From the NCBI GenBank assembly GCA_965227515.1, contig CBDDFZ010000001.1, forward strand, positions 832,001 through 896,000: DNA of 64,000 nucleotides. Direction: 5' to 3'. This document shows positions 9,781-20,216 of this stretch, piece by piece (position 1 is the first letter of the stretch; each line of letters starts with the position of its first letter). The DNA comes from Alphaproteobacteria bacterium (GTDB lineage: Bacteria > Pseudomonadota > Alphaproteobacteria > CALKHQ01). The notes beneath the pieces were generated by a model. The model had not been told where the DNA came from. It was given only the letters and a program-made list of their open reading frames with translations, and ran no database searches. The translations under genes and the position numbers were made by a program.

Positions 9781-10806
9781 ATGGACCCGTTCTCCACCCG
9801 CAGCCTGGGCAAGTGCGGTGTCGACCTGCCACTCCTGGGTCTTGGCGGCGCGCCGCTGGGCGATCTCTACGACACCCTGGATGACAAGGCGGCCGCCGCG
9901 ACCCTGGACGGTGCCTGGCAGGCCGGGGTCCGCTTCTACGACACCTCGCCGTGGTACGGGCGCGGCCAGTCAGAGCACCGCATGGGCCGCGCGCTCTATC
10001 GCCGGCCGCGCGACCAGTTCATCCTGTCGACCAAGGTCGGCCGCGTGTTCCGCGCGCCGCTGGACCCGCCCGCGTTCGACACCGGGTTCTGGGCCGGCGG
10101 GCTGCACTTCGAGCATGTGTTCGACTACAGTTATGACGGCGTCATGCGGTCCTACGAGGACAGCCTGCAACGGCTGGGCATGAACCGCATCGACCTGTTG
10201 CTGATCCACGATCTGGACATCGCCCACCACCAGACGGACGCGCGCGTCACCGCCTATCTGACCGAGATGGCGAATGGCGGCTGGCGCGCGCTGGAGGAAC
10301 TGCGTAGCGCCGGGCTGATCGGCGGCATCGGCGCCGGCATCAACGAGACCGGCATGATCCCGCGCTTCCTGGACCTGGTCGACATCGACTTCTTCCTGGT
10401 GGCGCTGCCCTACACCCTGATGGACCAGGACGCGCTGGAGGTCGACTTCGCCCAGTGCGCCGCGCGCGAGGTGGGGATCGTCATCGGCGCGGTCTACGCC
10501 TCCGGCATCCTGGCCACCGGGCCCACGCCGGACGCCTACTACCGTTACCAGCCGGCGACGCCGCACGCGCTGGACAAGGCACAGCACATGGAAGCGGTGT
10601 GCAAGCGCCATGGCGTGTCGCTGGCGGCCGCCGCGATCCAGTTCCCGTTCGGCCATCCCTCGGTCGCCTCGGTGATCCCGGGCGCGGTGTCTGCCGACCA
10701 GGTGCGCTGGAACGTGGAGAACATGCGCCGCGACATTCCCGCCGACCTGTGGGCCGAGCTGCGCGCCGAGGGCCTGATCCACCCCAACGCGCCGGAGCCT
10801 GGCTGA
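9781..10806 (+). CDS. Aldo/keto reductase (D-threo-aldose dehydrogenase-like)
   Basis: GLGGAPLG, FYDTSPWYG.G.SE, LSTKVGR, IDLLLIHD, VIPG motifs. Confidence 0.9.
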   Translation: MDPFSTRSLGKCGVDLPLLGLGGAPLGDLYDTLDDKAAAATLDGAWQAGVRFYDTSPWYGRGQSEHRMGRALYRRPRDQFILSTKVGRVFRAPLDPPAFDTGFWAGGLHFEHVFDYSYDGVMRSYEDSLQRLGMNRIDLLLIHDLDIAHHQTDARVTAYLTEMANGGWRALEELRSAGLIGGIGAGINETGMIPRFLDLVDIDFFLVALPYTLMDQDALEVDFAQCAAREVGIVIGAVYASGILATGPTPDAYYRYQPATPHALDKAQHMEAVCKRHGVSLAAAAIQFPFGHPSVASVIPGAVSADQVRWNVENMRRDIPADLWAELRAEGLIHPNAPEPG

Positions 10807-10865
10807 CCGATCATTCCACTGCCGGTTTGGTTTCCAATATTGAATGCATCTAGAAGCATCGAGAG

Positions 10866-10900
10866 TTGACATTCGTTGTCATATTTGACAACATCAGTCG
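10866..10900 (+). promoter_or_regulatory. TA promoter with overlapping palindromic operator; likely leaderless toxin mRNA
   Basis: TTGACA 10866-10871; palindrome GTTGTCA-TATT-TGACAAC 10875-10892; no SD before ATG 10901. Confidence 0.65.
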
Positions 10901-11254
10901 ATGGAAAATGACACGCGGCCGATCGGCTGGATCAAGGCTGCGTTGAAAGACTTCAAGAAGTTTCCTGATCCGGTCAGAGACCGCATCAATGCCGCCCTCA
11001 CGATCGCAGCGGAGGGCCGTAAGGCTGACATCGCCAAGCCGATGAAAGGCCTGGGCATCGGTGTGATGGAAGTCGCGCTACGCCACCATACCGGCGCCTA
11101 CCGCGCCGTTTATGTGACTGAGATCGCCGGGTCGTTGTGGGTGGTGCATGCTTTCCAAAAGAAGTCCAAGACCGGGATCAAGACACCGAAGTTCGAGGTC
11201 GATTTGATCCGTAACCGGCTGAAGCGGTTGCGAGAGGAGTTGTTGGATGAGTGA
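10901..11254 (+). CDS. Type II TA toxin, RelE/HigB (Gp49-like) family
   Basis: KPMKGLG.GVME, GAYRAVY, VVHAFQKKSKTGIKTP motifs; toxin-first order. Confidence 0.9.
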   Translation: MENDTRPIGWIKAALKDFKKFPDPVRDRINAALTIAAEGRKADIAKPMKGLGIGVMEVALRHHTGAYRAVYVTEIAGSLWVVHAFQKKSKTGIKTPKFEVDLIRNRLKRLREELLDE

Positions 11255-11576
11255 CGACAATGAGCTGGTACACGGCAGCGGCAATGTTTACCGCGATTTG
11301 GACGACAGGGATGCCGATGTGAAGCAGGCCAAGGCTATCCTGGCGGCCCGCATCATTGGCGTGCTTGATGACCGCAAGCTGAGTGTGCGCAAGGCCGGCA
11401 GTCTGACCGGCTTCACGCCAGCCGATTTCTCGCGGGTGAGAGGAGCCGATCTCGGCCGGTTCACAGTCGACCGCCTCATGAAAATGCTGCGAGCGTTGGA
11501 TGACAGCATTGAGGTCAGTATTCAGTTCTCTCGGCGCGCATCCAGGTCGGTGGAAGCACCGGTGCCTTCCAGCTGA
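11247..11576 (+). CDS. Type II TA antitoxin, XRE/HigA-type HTH
   Basis: GSGNVY.DL N-terminus, HTH with ADFSRVR and FTVDRLM; overlaps toxin stop. Confidence 0.88.
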   Translation: MSDDNELVHGSGNVYRDLDDRDADVKQAKAILAARIIGVLDDRKLSVRKAGSLTGFTPADFSRVRGADLGRFTVDRLMKMLRALDDSIEVSIQFSRRASRSVEAPVPSS

Positions 11577-11671
11577 AACGCGCGGACTGCCCCCTGCCCG
11601 TATTGCGCGTGGCGGAACCCGCCCATTCGGCCTACCATCGCGCCAAACTAGAACCGTGGACGGGGAGAGAG

Positions 11672-12691
11672 ATGCTCAAGACGACCGTGGCCGGCAGCCT
11701 GCCGAAGCCGGCATGGCTGGCCGAGCCGGAGAAGCTGTGGGCGGCCTGGAAGCTGGATGGCGACGGCCTGGCTGAGGGCCAGCAGGACGCAGCACTCGCC
11801 TGGCTGAAGCTGCAGGAAGACTGCGGCATCGACATCGTCTCCGACGGAGAGCAGTTCCGCCGCCACTTCGTCCATGGCTTCCTTGAATCGATCGAGGGCA
11901 TCGACTGGGAACGGATGACCACCATGGGCATCCGCAACAACCGCTATGACGCGCAGGTGCCGACGGTGACCGACCAGGTGCGCCGGCCGACCCCGGTCCA
12001 TGTCGCGCAGGCCAAGTTCTGCCGCGCCCACACCGGACATCAGCTCAAGTTCACCCTGCCCGGCCCGATGACGATCTGCGACACCATCGCCGACGCCCAC
12101 TACGGCAAGCGCGCCGACATGGCGATGGCGTTCGCCGAGCTGCTGAACGACGAGGCGCGCGAGCTGGAGGCCGCGGGCGTCGACGTGATCCAGTTCGACG
12201 AGCCGGCCTTCAACGTGTTCATGGACGAGGTGAAGGACTGGGGCATCGCCGCCCTCCACCGCGCCATCGAGGGGCTCAAGTGCACCACCGCCGTGCACAT
12301 CTGCTACGGCTACGGCATCCAGTCCAACATCGACTGGAAGAACTCGCTGGGCGCGGAGTGGCGCCAGTACGAGGAAATCTTCCCGGCCCTCAACGACAGC
12401 CGCATAGGCCAGGTGTCGCTGGAATGCGCCAACTCCCATGTGCCGCTGGAGCTGATCGGCCTGCTCAAGGACAAGGACGTGCTGGTGGGCGCCATCGACG
12501 TCGCCACCAACGACGTCGAGACGCCGGAACAGGTGGCGGCCAATTTGCGCGCGACCCTGGAGTTCGTGGCGCCGGAGCGCACGGTGGCCTGCACCAATTG
12601 CGGGCTGGCGCCGCTGCCGCGCCACGTCGCCGAGGGCAAGCTGAAGGCGCTGGGCGCGGGTGCGGCCCTGTTGCGCCGCCAACTTGGCTAA
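11672..12691 (+). CDS. mesD: Cobalamin-independent core methionine synthase, MesD-like
   Basis: TT.AGSLPKP.WL, DGEQ, LPGPMT, IQFDEPAFN, HICYGYG, W..SLG.EWRQYE, CTNCG; only the C-terminal MetE barrel. Confidence 0.8.
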   Translation: MLKTTVAGSLPKPAWLAEPEKLWAAWKLDGDGLAEGQQDAALAWLKLQEDCGIDIVSDGEQFRRHFVHGFLESIEGIDWERMTTMGIRNNRYDAQVPTVTDQVRRPTPVHVAQAKFCRAHTGHQLKFTLPGPMTICDTIADAHYGKRADMAMAFAELLNDEARELEAAGVDVIQFDEPAFNVFMDEVKDWGIAALHRAIEGLKCTTAVHICYGYGIQSNIDWKNSLGAEWRQYEEIFPALNDSRIGQVSLECANSHVPLELIGLLKDKDVLVGAIDVATNDVETPEQVAANLRATLEFVAPERTVACTNCGLAPLPRHVAEGKLKALGAGAALLRRQLG

Positions 12692-12880
12692 TAGTTGCGG
12701 CGTCAATCCACCGGCGACCCATTGGCGTTAAGTATTATGAAGCGACGTTAAGTGTCGCGACCAGGCCATTATCTGGCAGAGTTCATGACAAGTAGTTCAT
12801 GAGTACGGTGGGCGAAGGGCGAAAAGACCCGCGCGCCGCAATATAGCGTTTTGGTCAACCGAAGTTGGGAGGAGACTGAA

Positions 12881-14179
12881 ATGACATATCTGAAGCGATA
12901 CACATCCGCCGCCTTGGCAGCCGGGCTTGCGGCCACGCTCGCTGTCACCGCCTGGGCCGACGAATGGACGTATGTCGAGCCCGAAAAGGTCGGCATGTCC
13001 AGCGAGCGTCTGCAACGCCTGACCGACCACATGCAGGCCTATATCGACAGCGGCGACATCGCGGGCATGGTCATTCTGATCGCGCGCGATGGCGAGGTGC
13101 CCTACGAGAAGGCGCTGGGCTTCCAGGACCTGGAGTCTGAGACGCCGATGCAGGCCGACACCATCTTCCGCATCGCGTCGCAGACCAAGGCCATCGTTTG
13201 CGCCGGCATCATGGTGCTGCAGGAAGAGGGCCTGCTGCTGGTCGACGAGCCGCTGGGCAAGTACCTGCCGGAGTGGATGGAGACCACCGTCGCGGTCGCC
13301 AACGACAGCGGCGGCTATGACGTGGTGCCGGCCGACCGGCCCATCACCATTCGCGACTTGCTGACCCACACGTCCGGCATCCCGTACGGCGCGTGGATCA
13401 ACGGGCTGACCGACGATGCGTGGGCAGAGGCCGGCTTCTCCGGCTGGTATTTCGCCAGCGACGACCAGCCGATCCGCGAGCTGGTCCGCCAGATGGCCGA
13501 CCTGCCGATGATCGCGCAGCCGGGCACCGAGTGGATCTACGGCTACAACATCGACGTCCTGGGCGCGCTGATCGAGGAGGTCTCGGGCCAGACGCTCGAC
13601 GTGTTCCTGCAGGACCGGTTCTTCGACCCGCTCGGCATGGCCGACACCCAGTTCTACCTGCCGGCCGACCAGGCCGACCGGCTGGCGACCGTGTACGACC
13701 GCAACGAGCCGGGCGTGCTGACCCGCGCGTCCGACGAAGGCGCGATGTGGGATCAGGGCAAGTACATCATCGGCGAGGGGCCGAACGTCACCCTGTCGGG
13801 CGGCGCCGGCCTGCTGTCGACCGCGCACGACTACTCCGTCTTCCTGGAGATGCTGCGCCGAGGCGGCCAGTCGATGGACGGCGCGCAGATCATGTCGCCG
13901 ATGTCGGTCAAGCTGATGACGACCGACCACACCGGGGACATTCCGTTCCGCCCCGGCGCCGGTTTCGGTTACGGCTTCCAGGTGGCGCTCGACCAGGGCG
14001 TGCTCGGCATTCCCGGCAATGAGGGCGAATACCGCTGGGGCGGCGCGTACCACTCGACCTACTGGGTCGACCCGGTGGCCAACATGGTGGTGACCGCGTT
14101 CACCCAGTTCGGCGAGACCGGTGGCATCGACGACCAGGGCAAGCTGCGCGCGCTGGTCTATCAGGCGATTCTGGACTGA
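12881..14179 (+). CDS. Periplasmic serine hydrolase (beta-lactamase class C-like family)
   Basis: Signal peptide; FRIASQTK (SxxK), LLTHTSG, PGTEWIYG, WGG motifs; GGAGG RBS. Confidence 0.9.
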   Translation: MTYLKRYTSAALAAGLAATLAVTAWADEWTYVEPEKVGMSSERLQRLTDHMQAYIDSGDIAGMVILIARDGEVPYEKALGFQDLESETPMQADTIFRIASQTKAIVCAGIMVLQEEGLLLVDEPLGKYLPEWMETTVAVANDSGGYDVVPADRPITIRDLLTHTSGIPYGAWINGLTDDAWAEAGFSGWYFASDDQPIRELVRQMADLPMIAQPGTEWIYGYNIDVLGALIEEVSGQTLDVFLQDRFFDPLGMADTQFYLPADQADRLATVYDRNEPGVLTRASDEGAMWDQGKYIIGEGPNVTLSGGAGLLSTAHDYSVFLEMLRRGGQSMDGAQIMSPMSVKLMTTDHTGDIPFRPGAGFGYGFQVALDQGVLGIPGNEGEYRWGGAYHSTYWVDPVANMVVTAFTQFGETGGIDDQGKLRALVYQAILD

Positions 14180-14201
14180 CGCCTGTCAGTTGAACCACGC
14201 G

Positions 14202-14234
14202 ATGGCGCCAACGCCTGTGTTGGCGCCATTTTTT
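14202..14234 (+). terminator. Rho-independent terminator
   Basis: ATGGCGCCAAC-N6-GTTGGCGCCAT followed by T run. Confidence 0.8.
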
Positions 14235-14259
14235 GTCCGGTGATGTCCACATCCCTCGC

Positions 14260-14288
14260 CGTCATTGCGAGCGAAGCGAAGCAATCCA
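14260..14288. repeat. CGTC-tagged REP half element
   Basis: CGTCATTGCGAGCGAAGCGAAGCAATCCA, a widespread alphaproteobacterial REP motif. Confidence 0.75.
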
Positions 14289-14308
14289 GGCGATGGCCCA
14301 ACTACTCT

Positions 14309-14480
14309 TGTCATTCTTGGCCCGAGCCCCAAGCAGGGGCGAGGCGCCGAGAATCCATCGCTGGGCCAGGTCCAGAGTTCGCCTGCTTATTCAACGGCCT
14401 AACGGCCAACTGCAGGCGTATTGGACAGGAATGGACCCTCGAAGCGCCGCGCCCAACTGGCGCGCCGGTCAAGGGTGACA
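14309..14480. repeat. Divergent family B REPIN-like element with nested hairpins in both arms
   Basis: TGTCATTCT...GAATCCAT / ATGGACCCT...GGGTGACA arms; carries the GTCCAATACGC motif (as GCGTATTGGAC, 14416-14426). Confidence 0.6.
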
Positions 14481-14504
14481 CGTGTGTTTACGAGGGGTGG
14501 GCCC

Positions 14505-16307
14505 CTACTCCGCCGCTTTGGCCGGCGTTGTGCGGTCAAACTGGAGTGCTGCGAGGCGGGCGTAGAGGTCGTTGTCGGCGACCAGCTCCTCGTGGGTGCC
14601 CTGGGCGACCACGCGGCCCTCGTCCAGCACCACGATGCGGTCGGCATCGCGCACGGTGGCGAGGCGGTGGGCGATGACCAGGGTGGTCCGCCCGGTGCGC
14701 AGCTTGGCAAGTGCGGCCTGCACCTTGGCCTCGCTCTCCGAGTCGAGCGCGCTGGTCGCCTCGTCCAGCAGCAGGATCGCCGGGTCGCGCAGCATGGCGC
14801 GCGCGATGGCGATGCGCTGGCGCTGGCCGCCCGACAGCCGCACCCCACGCTCGCCGAGCTGGGTGGCGTAGCCCTCCGGCAGCAGGCGCACGAAGTCGTC
14901 GGCGGCGGCGGCGACGGCGGCGGCCTCCACATCGGCGTCGCTGGCATCGGGCCGGCCGTAGCGGATGTTGTCGGTGACCGAGGCGGCGAAGATCACCGGC
15001 TCCTGCGCCACCAGGCCGATGCGCGCGCGGATATCGGCGGGGTCGGCGGTGCGCAGGTCGACGCCGTCGATGCTGACCGCGCCCTCGGCCGGGTCGTAGA
15101 ACCTGAGCAGGAGCTGGAACACCGTGGTCTTGCCGGCGCCTGAGGGGCCGACCAGCGCCACGGTCTCGCCGGGCTGGGCCTCCAGGGTCAGGCCGTGCAG
15201 CGCCGAGGTGTCGGGCCGCGACGGATAGGCGAAGGTCACCCCGTCGAACCGCACCCGCCCCTCGCCCGGCGCGGGCAGCGGCACCGGCGACGCAGGCGGC
15301 GCGATCTCGGCCGGCGCGTCGATCAGCTCGAACAGCCGCTCGCTGGCGCCGGCGGCACGCTGCAGGTCGCCCATCACCTCGCTCAGGCCGCCCACGGCGC
15401 TGGCGGTGATGATGGCGTAGAACACGAACGCCGACAGGTCGCCGGCCGAGAGGTCGCCGTCGATCACGCCCTGGCCGCCCATCCACAGCATCGCCACCAC
15501 CGCGCCGAACACCAGCGCGATCACGGTCGCCGCCATCATGCCGCGCACCTTGGTCTGCTTCAGGGCGGCGCGAAACGCGGCATCGATGCGCGCGGCGAAG
15601 GCATCCCTGTCCAGCGGCTCGTGGTTGAACGCCTGCACGGTGCGGATCGCGTCCAGGCTTTCGTGGGCGTAGGCGCTGGCGTTGGCCAGCTCGTCCTGTG
15701 CGGCGCGCGACATGGCACGCACCTTGCGTCCGAAATAGATGATCGGCGCCACGATCAGCGGCACCAGCAGCAACACGATGCCCGTCAGGCTGACGTTGGT
15801 GATGATCAACAGGATCACACCGCCCAACAACATCAGCCCGTTGCGTATGGTTGTCACCGCCGTGGTGCCGATCACCAGATGCAGGACGCTGGCGTCGCCG
15901 GTCAGGCGCGCCAGCACCTCGCCGGTCTTGGTCGCCTCGAAATAGGTGACCGATTGCCGGAGCACGTTCTCATAGGCCGCGCGGCGGATGTCGGCCGCCA
16001 CCCGCTCGCCGATCCAGTGCACCAGATAGGCGCGGAAGAAGGTGGCCCCCGCCAGCACAGCCACGATGACGCAGAGCGCGATGACGATGCCGCCGAAGGT
16101 GCCCTCGTCCTCCGGCGCGATGCCGTCGTCGATCAGCGTGCGCAGCATCAGGCCGACCGAGAGCAGGCTGCCGGTCGACGCCAGCAGCGCCAGGAAGGCG
16201 AGCCCGACCCGCATCTTGTAGGGGCGCACATAGCTGAACAGGCGGCTCAGCGCGCGGACGTTGCGCGAGCGGTCGCGGTCGCCGGCCTGTTGCGACAGGC
16301 GGCTCAA
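14505..16307 (-). CDS. ABC exporter, fused permease/ATPase (MsbA-related)
   Basis: Six TM helices; GPSGAGKT, LSGGQRQRIAIAR, LLLDEATSALD, IAHR. Confidence 0.93.
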   Translation of the reverse strand: MSRLSQQAGDRDRSRNVRALSRLFSYVRPYKMRVGLAFLALLASTGSLLSVGLMLRTLIDDGIAPEDEGTFGGIVIALCVIVAVLAGATFFRAYLVHWIGERVAADIRRAAYENVLRQSVTYFEATKTGEVLARLTGDASVLHLVIGTTAVTTIRNGLMLLGGVILLIITNVSLTGIVLLLVPLIVAPIIYFGRKVRAMSRAAQDELANASAYAHESLDAIRTVQAFNHEPLDRDAFAARIDAAFRAALKQTKVRGMMAATVIALVFGAVVAMLWMGGQGVIDGDLSAGDLSAFVFYAIITASAVGGLSEVMGDLQRAAGASERLFELIDAPAEIAPPASPVPLPAPGEGRVRFDGVTFAYPSRPDTSALHGLTLEAQPGETVALVGPSGAGKTTVFQLLLRFYDPAEGAVSIDGVDLRTADPADIRARIGLVAQEPVIFAASVTDNIRYGRPDASDADVEAAAVAAAADDFVRLLPEGYATQLGERGVRLSGGQRQRIAIARAMLRDPAILLLDEATSALDSESEAKVQAALAKLRTGRTTLVIAHRLATVRDADRIVVLDEGRVVAQGTHEELVADNDLYARLAALQFDRTTPAKAAE

Positions 16308-16418
16308 CGGCGGTGGGCCTTCGAGGCGGCGGGCAAAGAGCTGGGCAAAGCGGCAGGCAAGGCTTGCAACCCGTGCCCGGGTTCGTTATGAACCCCGCTT
16401 CCTTGCAAGGGGTATGAG

Positions 16419-16643
16419 ATGAAAAAGGACATTCATCCAGACTATCACGAAATCACCGTGGTGATGACCGACGGGACCGAGTTCAAGACACGCTCGACCT
16501 GGGGCAAAGAAGGCGACACCATGAAGCTGGATATCGACCCGACCACCCATCCGGCGTGGACGGGCGGTGGCCATCGCCTGATCGACACCGGTGGACAATT
16601 GGCCCGATTCAACCGGCGTTTCAAGAATCTCGGCCTCGGCTGA
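16419..16643 (+). CDS. rpmE: 50S ribosomal protein L31 (alphaproteobacterial, no Zn-ribbon cysteines)
   Basis: [10 protein letters not shown]...TRSTWG...DIDP..HPAWTGG...RFN.RF. Confidence 0.97.
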   Translation: MKKDIHPDYHEITVVMTDGTEFKTRSTWGKEGDTMKLDIDPTTHPAWTGGGHRLIDTGGQLARFNRRFKNLGLG

Positions 16644-16765
16644 CGCGATTTTGAGAGCGGCGTAACGTCGCCGCTCTCTCAAGGGCATCGGTAACGCCCT
16701 CGCGCCCGACGCGGGGGCGTTTGCTTGTGGGCGGTGCGGTTGTGCCGTTCCCCCCATTCCTTTCC

Positions 16766-16944
16766 TTGACGCCCTCGGCCCCCGTGCCGAGGGCCCATGG
16801 TTTTGGCAGGCTCTGCGAGCGGTCAACGGGCGCTGGCATGCGAGCAGGCGCATCCGCCATTCATGCCGACCATGCCAGATGAAACCCGCAAGCCGTAGCG
16901 TGTTGGACCGAAATGGGCCCTCGGCACAAGGCCGAGGGCGTCAA
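16766..16944. repeat. Family B REPIN-like element, copy 1 (179 bp, 114-bp spacer)
   Basis: TTGACGCCCTCGGC..GTGCCGAGGGCCCAT / ATGGGCCCTCGGCACAAGGCCGAGGGCGTCAA inverted hairpin arms. Confidence 0.8.
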
Positions 16945-16957
16945 ATCTATTGAAGCG

Positions 16958-18478
16958 CTACTCCGCGGCTTCCGCCGTTGGCTCCTCCGGGGTCCAGCGC
17001 AGCACCGGCTGGCGGGCGGCGCGGGTCTCGTCCAGCCGGCGGCGCGGCGACATGCGCGGCGCGTCGTGGAAGAAGTCGGCGTCGCCGGATTTCGCCCGCT
17101 CGGCCAGCGCCCGCATCGAGCCGATGAGCGTGTCGAGGGCCGCCTTGGACTCGGTCTCGGTCGGCTCCACCAGCAGCGCGCCGTGCACCACCAGCGGGAA
17201 ATAGACCGTCGGCGGATGGAAGCCTTCGTCGATCAGCCCCTTGGCGATGTCGAGCGTGGAGACATCGGTGCCCTTCAGGAAGCGGTCGTCGAACAGCGCT
17301 TCGTGCATGCAGGTGCCCTCGAACGCCGGCGTCATCACATCGGCCAGCGAGGCCTGGATGTAGTTGGCATTCAGCACCGCGTCGCCGGAGACCTGGGCCA
17401 GCCCGTCGCGGCCATGGCTCATCATGTAGGCGAGCGCGCGGGTGAACATGCCCATCTGGCCGAAGTAGGCTTTCAAGCGGCCGAAGGGATGCGCACCCCC
17501 GGCATCGGCCGCGTGCTCGACCGGCTCGAAGTTGTCGCCGTCGCGCGCAACCCAAGCAAGCGGCGCGTAGGGCGCCAGCGCTTCTGAGAACACCACCGGC
17601 CCCGCGCCCGGACCGCCGCCGCCATGGGGCGTCGAGAACGTCTTGTGCAGGTTGATGTGCATGGCGTCGATGCCGAGGTCGCCGGGCCGCACCCGCCCGA
17701 CGATGGCGTTGAAGTTGGCGCCGTCGCAGTAGAAATAGCCGCCGACGCCGTGGATCGCCTCGGCGATCTCGATGATCTCGTTTTCGAACAGCCCGCAGGT
17801 GTTGGGGTTGGTGATCATGCAGCCGGCAACGTCGTCGCCCAGCTTGTCCTTGAACGCGGCAAGGTCGACCCGGCCACGGTCGTCGCCAGGCACCGCATCC
17901 ACCGTATAGCCGCACGCGACCGCCGTCGCCGGATTGGTGCCGTGGGCGGACTCCGGCACCAGCACGCGCTTGCGGGGGTTGCCGCCCGCCTCGTGCGCGG
18001 CGCGGATCGCCAGCATGCCGCAGAGCTCGCCATGGGCGCCGGCGGCGGGCGACAGAGCCACCGCCGGCATGCCGGTCAGGGTCTTCAGCCAGTGGGCCAG
18101 CCGGTCCAGCACCTCATAGGCGCCCTGCACGGTGGCGGCGGGCTGCAACGGATGCACGTCGGCGAAGCCGGGCAGGCGTGCCACCTTCTCGTTGATGCGC
18201 GGGTTGTGCTTCATGGTGCACGAGCCGAGCGGGAACAGCCCGCTGTCGATGCCGTAGTTCCACTGGCTGAGCCGGGTGAAGTGGCGCACCACCACCGGCT
18301 CCGACAGGTCCGGCAGGCCGATCTCGCCCTTGCGCTCCAGCCCGCCGAGCTTGTTGTCGGAGAGGTCGGTGTCAGGCCAGTCGACGCCGCACTGGCCGGG
18401 GCTGCCCTGCTCGAAGATCAGCGGCTCTTCGAGCTGCAGGGCGCGATGCCCGCTGGAGGTCTCGATATCGGTCATCAC
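16958..18478 (-). CDS. gcvPB: Glycine dehydrogenase (decarboxylating) subunit 2
   Basis: [40 protein letters not shown] (PLP Lys), EPTETES. Confidence 0.96.
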   Translation of the reverse strand: MMTDIETSSGHRALQLEEPLIFEQGSPGQCGVDWPDTDLSDNKLGGLERKGEIGLPDLSEPVVVRHFTRLSQWNYGIDSGLFPLGSCTMKHNPRINEKVARLPGFADVHPLQPAATVQGAYEVLDRLAHWLKTLTGMPAVALSPAAGAHGELCGMLAIRAAHEAGGNPRKRVLVPESAHGTNPATAVACGYTVDAVPGDDRGRVDLAAFKDKLGDDVAGCMITNPNTCGLFENEIIEIAEAIHGVGGYFYCDGANFNAIVGRVRPGDLGIDAMHINLHKTFSTPHGGGGPGAGPVVFSEALAPYAPLAWVARDGDNFEPVEHAADAGGAHPFGRLKAYFGQMGMFTRALAYMMSHGRDGLAQVSGDAVLNANYIQASLADVMTPAFEGTCMHEALFDDRFLKGTDVSTLDIAKGLIDEGFHPPTVYFPLVVHGALLVEPTETESKAALDTLIGSMRALAERAKSGDADFFHDAPRMSPRRRLDETRAARQPVLRWTPEEPTAEAAE

Positions 18479-19818
18479 AGCACCTCCTTCAGCGCCTTGG
18501 CGAAGGCGGCGATGTCGTCGTCGGTCGTGGTCTCGGTCGCGGCGACCAGCAGCAAGTCGGCCACATCAGGGTTGTCCGGCAGCAGGCGGCTGACCGGCAC
18601 CCCGCCCAGCACGTCATGGCCGACCAGGGCGTCGACCACCCCGGCGGCCGGCTTCGGCAGCCTGACCGTGAACTCGTTGAAGAAGGTCTGGTTGATGACC
18701 TCGACACCTTCAATACCGCCCAGCGCCTCCGCCGCGCGCATGGCGGTGGCGTGGTTCAGCGCCGCCAGCCGCCGGAGCCCGGTCTCGCCCAGCAACGTCA
18801 TGTGGATGGTGAAGGCCAGCGCGCACAGGCCGGCATTGGTGCAGATGTTGGAGGTGGCGCGCTCGCGCCGGATGTGCTGCTCGCGGGTGGAGAGTGTCAG
18901 CACGAAGCCGCGCTTGCCGTCGGCATCCACCGTCTCGCCGCACAGCCGGCCGGGCATTTGGCGGATGTACTTCTGGCGGGTGGCGAACAGGCCGACATGG
19001 GGGCCGCCGAAATTGACCGGGTTGCCGATGGACTGGCCCTCGGCGACCACGATGTCGGCGCCCATCTCCCCCGGCGCGGCCAGCAGGCCGAGTGACACCG
19101 TTTCGGTGACGACGGCGATCAGCAGCGCCCCGGCCTCTTGGCAGGCCTTGGCGAGCGGGCGCAGGTCGTGCAGCTCGCCGAACAGATCGGGCGTCTGCAC
19201 CACCACGCACGACGTATTGCCGTCGATGGCACCGGCCATATCCTCGGCAGCGCCCGGCGCGGCATCCTGCGCCGCCACCTCGAAGCCCAGGAAGTGGGCG
19301 TGGGTCTCGACGATCTCGCGATAGTGCGGGTGCAGCGCGCCGGAGAGCACGGCCCGGCCGCGCCTGGTCGCCCGGTTGGCCATCATCACCGCCTCGGCGC
19401 ACGCGGTCGATCCGTCGTACATGGAGGCGTTGGCCACATCCATGCCGGTCAGCAGCGCGACCTGGGTCTGGAACTCGAACAGCACCTGCAGCGTGCCCTG
19501 GGCGATCTCCGGCTGATAGGGCGTGTAGGCGGTCAGGAACTCGCCGCGCTGGATCAGATAGTCGACGGCGGCCGGCACATGGTGGCGGTAGACCCCGGCA
19601 CCGACGAAGAACGGCCCGTCGCCCGCCGGCCTATTCTTGCCGGCCAGCAGGCGCATGGCGCGCTCGACCGACAGTTCGTCCTGATGGTCCGGCAGGTCGA
19701 GCGGCGCTTTCAGGCGGCCCGCCGCCGGCACGTCGGCGAACAGGTCGTCGACGGTATCGACCCCGATCGCGGCCAGCATGGCCGCCCGGTCGCCCTCGCT
19801 GTGCGGCAGGTAGCGCAT
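18475..19818 (-). CDS. gcvPA: Glycine dehydrogenase (decarboxylating) subunit 1
   Basis: [41 protein letters not shown]. Confidence 0.96.
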   Translation of the reverse strand: MRYLPHSEGDRAAMLAAIGVDTVDDLFADVPAAGRLKAPLDLPDHQDELSVERAMRLLAGKNRPAGDGPFFVGAGVYRHHVPAAVDYLIQRGEFLTAYTPYQPEIAQGTLQVLFEFQTQVALLTGMDVANASMYDGSTACAEAVMMANRATRRGRAVLSGALHPHYREIVETHAHFLGFEVAAQDAAPGAAEDMAGAIDGNTSCVVVQTPDLFGELHDLRPLAKACQEAGALLIAVVTETVSLGLLAAPGEMGADIVVAEGQSIGNPVNFGGPHVGLFATRQKYIRQMPGRLCGETVDADGKRGFVLTLSTREQHIRRERATSNICTNAGLCALAFTIHMTLLGETGLRRLAALNHATAMRAAEALGGIEGVEVINQTFFNEFTVRLPKPAAGVVDALVGHDVLGGVPVSRLLPDNPDVADLLLVAATETTTDDDIAAFAKALKEVL

Positions 19819-20186
19819 CAGTCGAGGCCCTTCACGTAGTCGGCATAGGCGCCGTCGTCCATCAGCCGCTCGAGGTCGCCCTTGTCGGCCAGCTTCAGCT
19901 TGACGAACCAGCCGCTGCCCTCGGCGTCCTCGTTGACCATGGCCGGCGTCTCGTCCAGCGCGCTGTTGACCTCGATCACCTCGCCCGACACCGGGGAATA
20001 GATCTCGCTGGCGGCCTTCACCGATTCGACCACGGCCACCTCATCGAACTGGCCCACGGTCTTGCCGACCTCCGGCAGCTCCACATAGACCACGTCGCCA
20101 AGCTGTTCCTGGGCGTAGGTGGAAATGCCGATGGTGGCGGTGTCGCCGTCGATGCGGACCCATTCATGCTCTTTCGAATAATGCAT
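19818..20186 (-). CDS. gcvH: Glycine cleavage system H protein
   Basis: [23 protein letters not shown] lipoyl-Lys motif. Confidence 0.97.
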   Translation of the reverse strand: MHYSKEHEWVRIDGDTATIGISTYAQEQLGDVVYVELPEVGKTVGQFDEVAVVESVKAASEIYSPVSGEVIEVNSALDETPAMVNEDAEGSGWFVKLKLADKGDLERLMDDGAYADYVKGLD

Positions 20187-20216
20187 ATGCCTACTCCGGT
20201 GGGTGTGCGGTCAGTT

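Noticed and set aside
16419-16643. Zinc-free L31 as a zinc-starvation paralogue
   Set aside because: Cys-less L31 is the normal single form in Alphaproteobacteria; no Zur box or L36 partner seen
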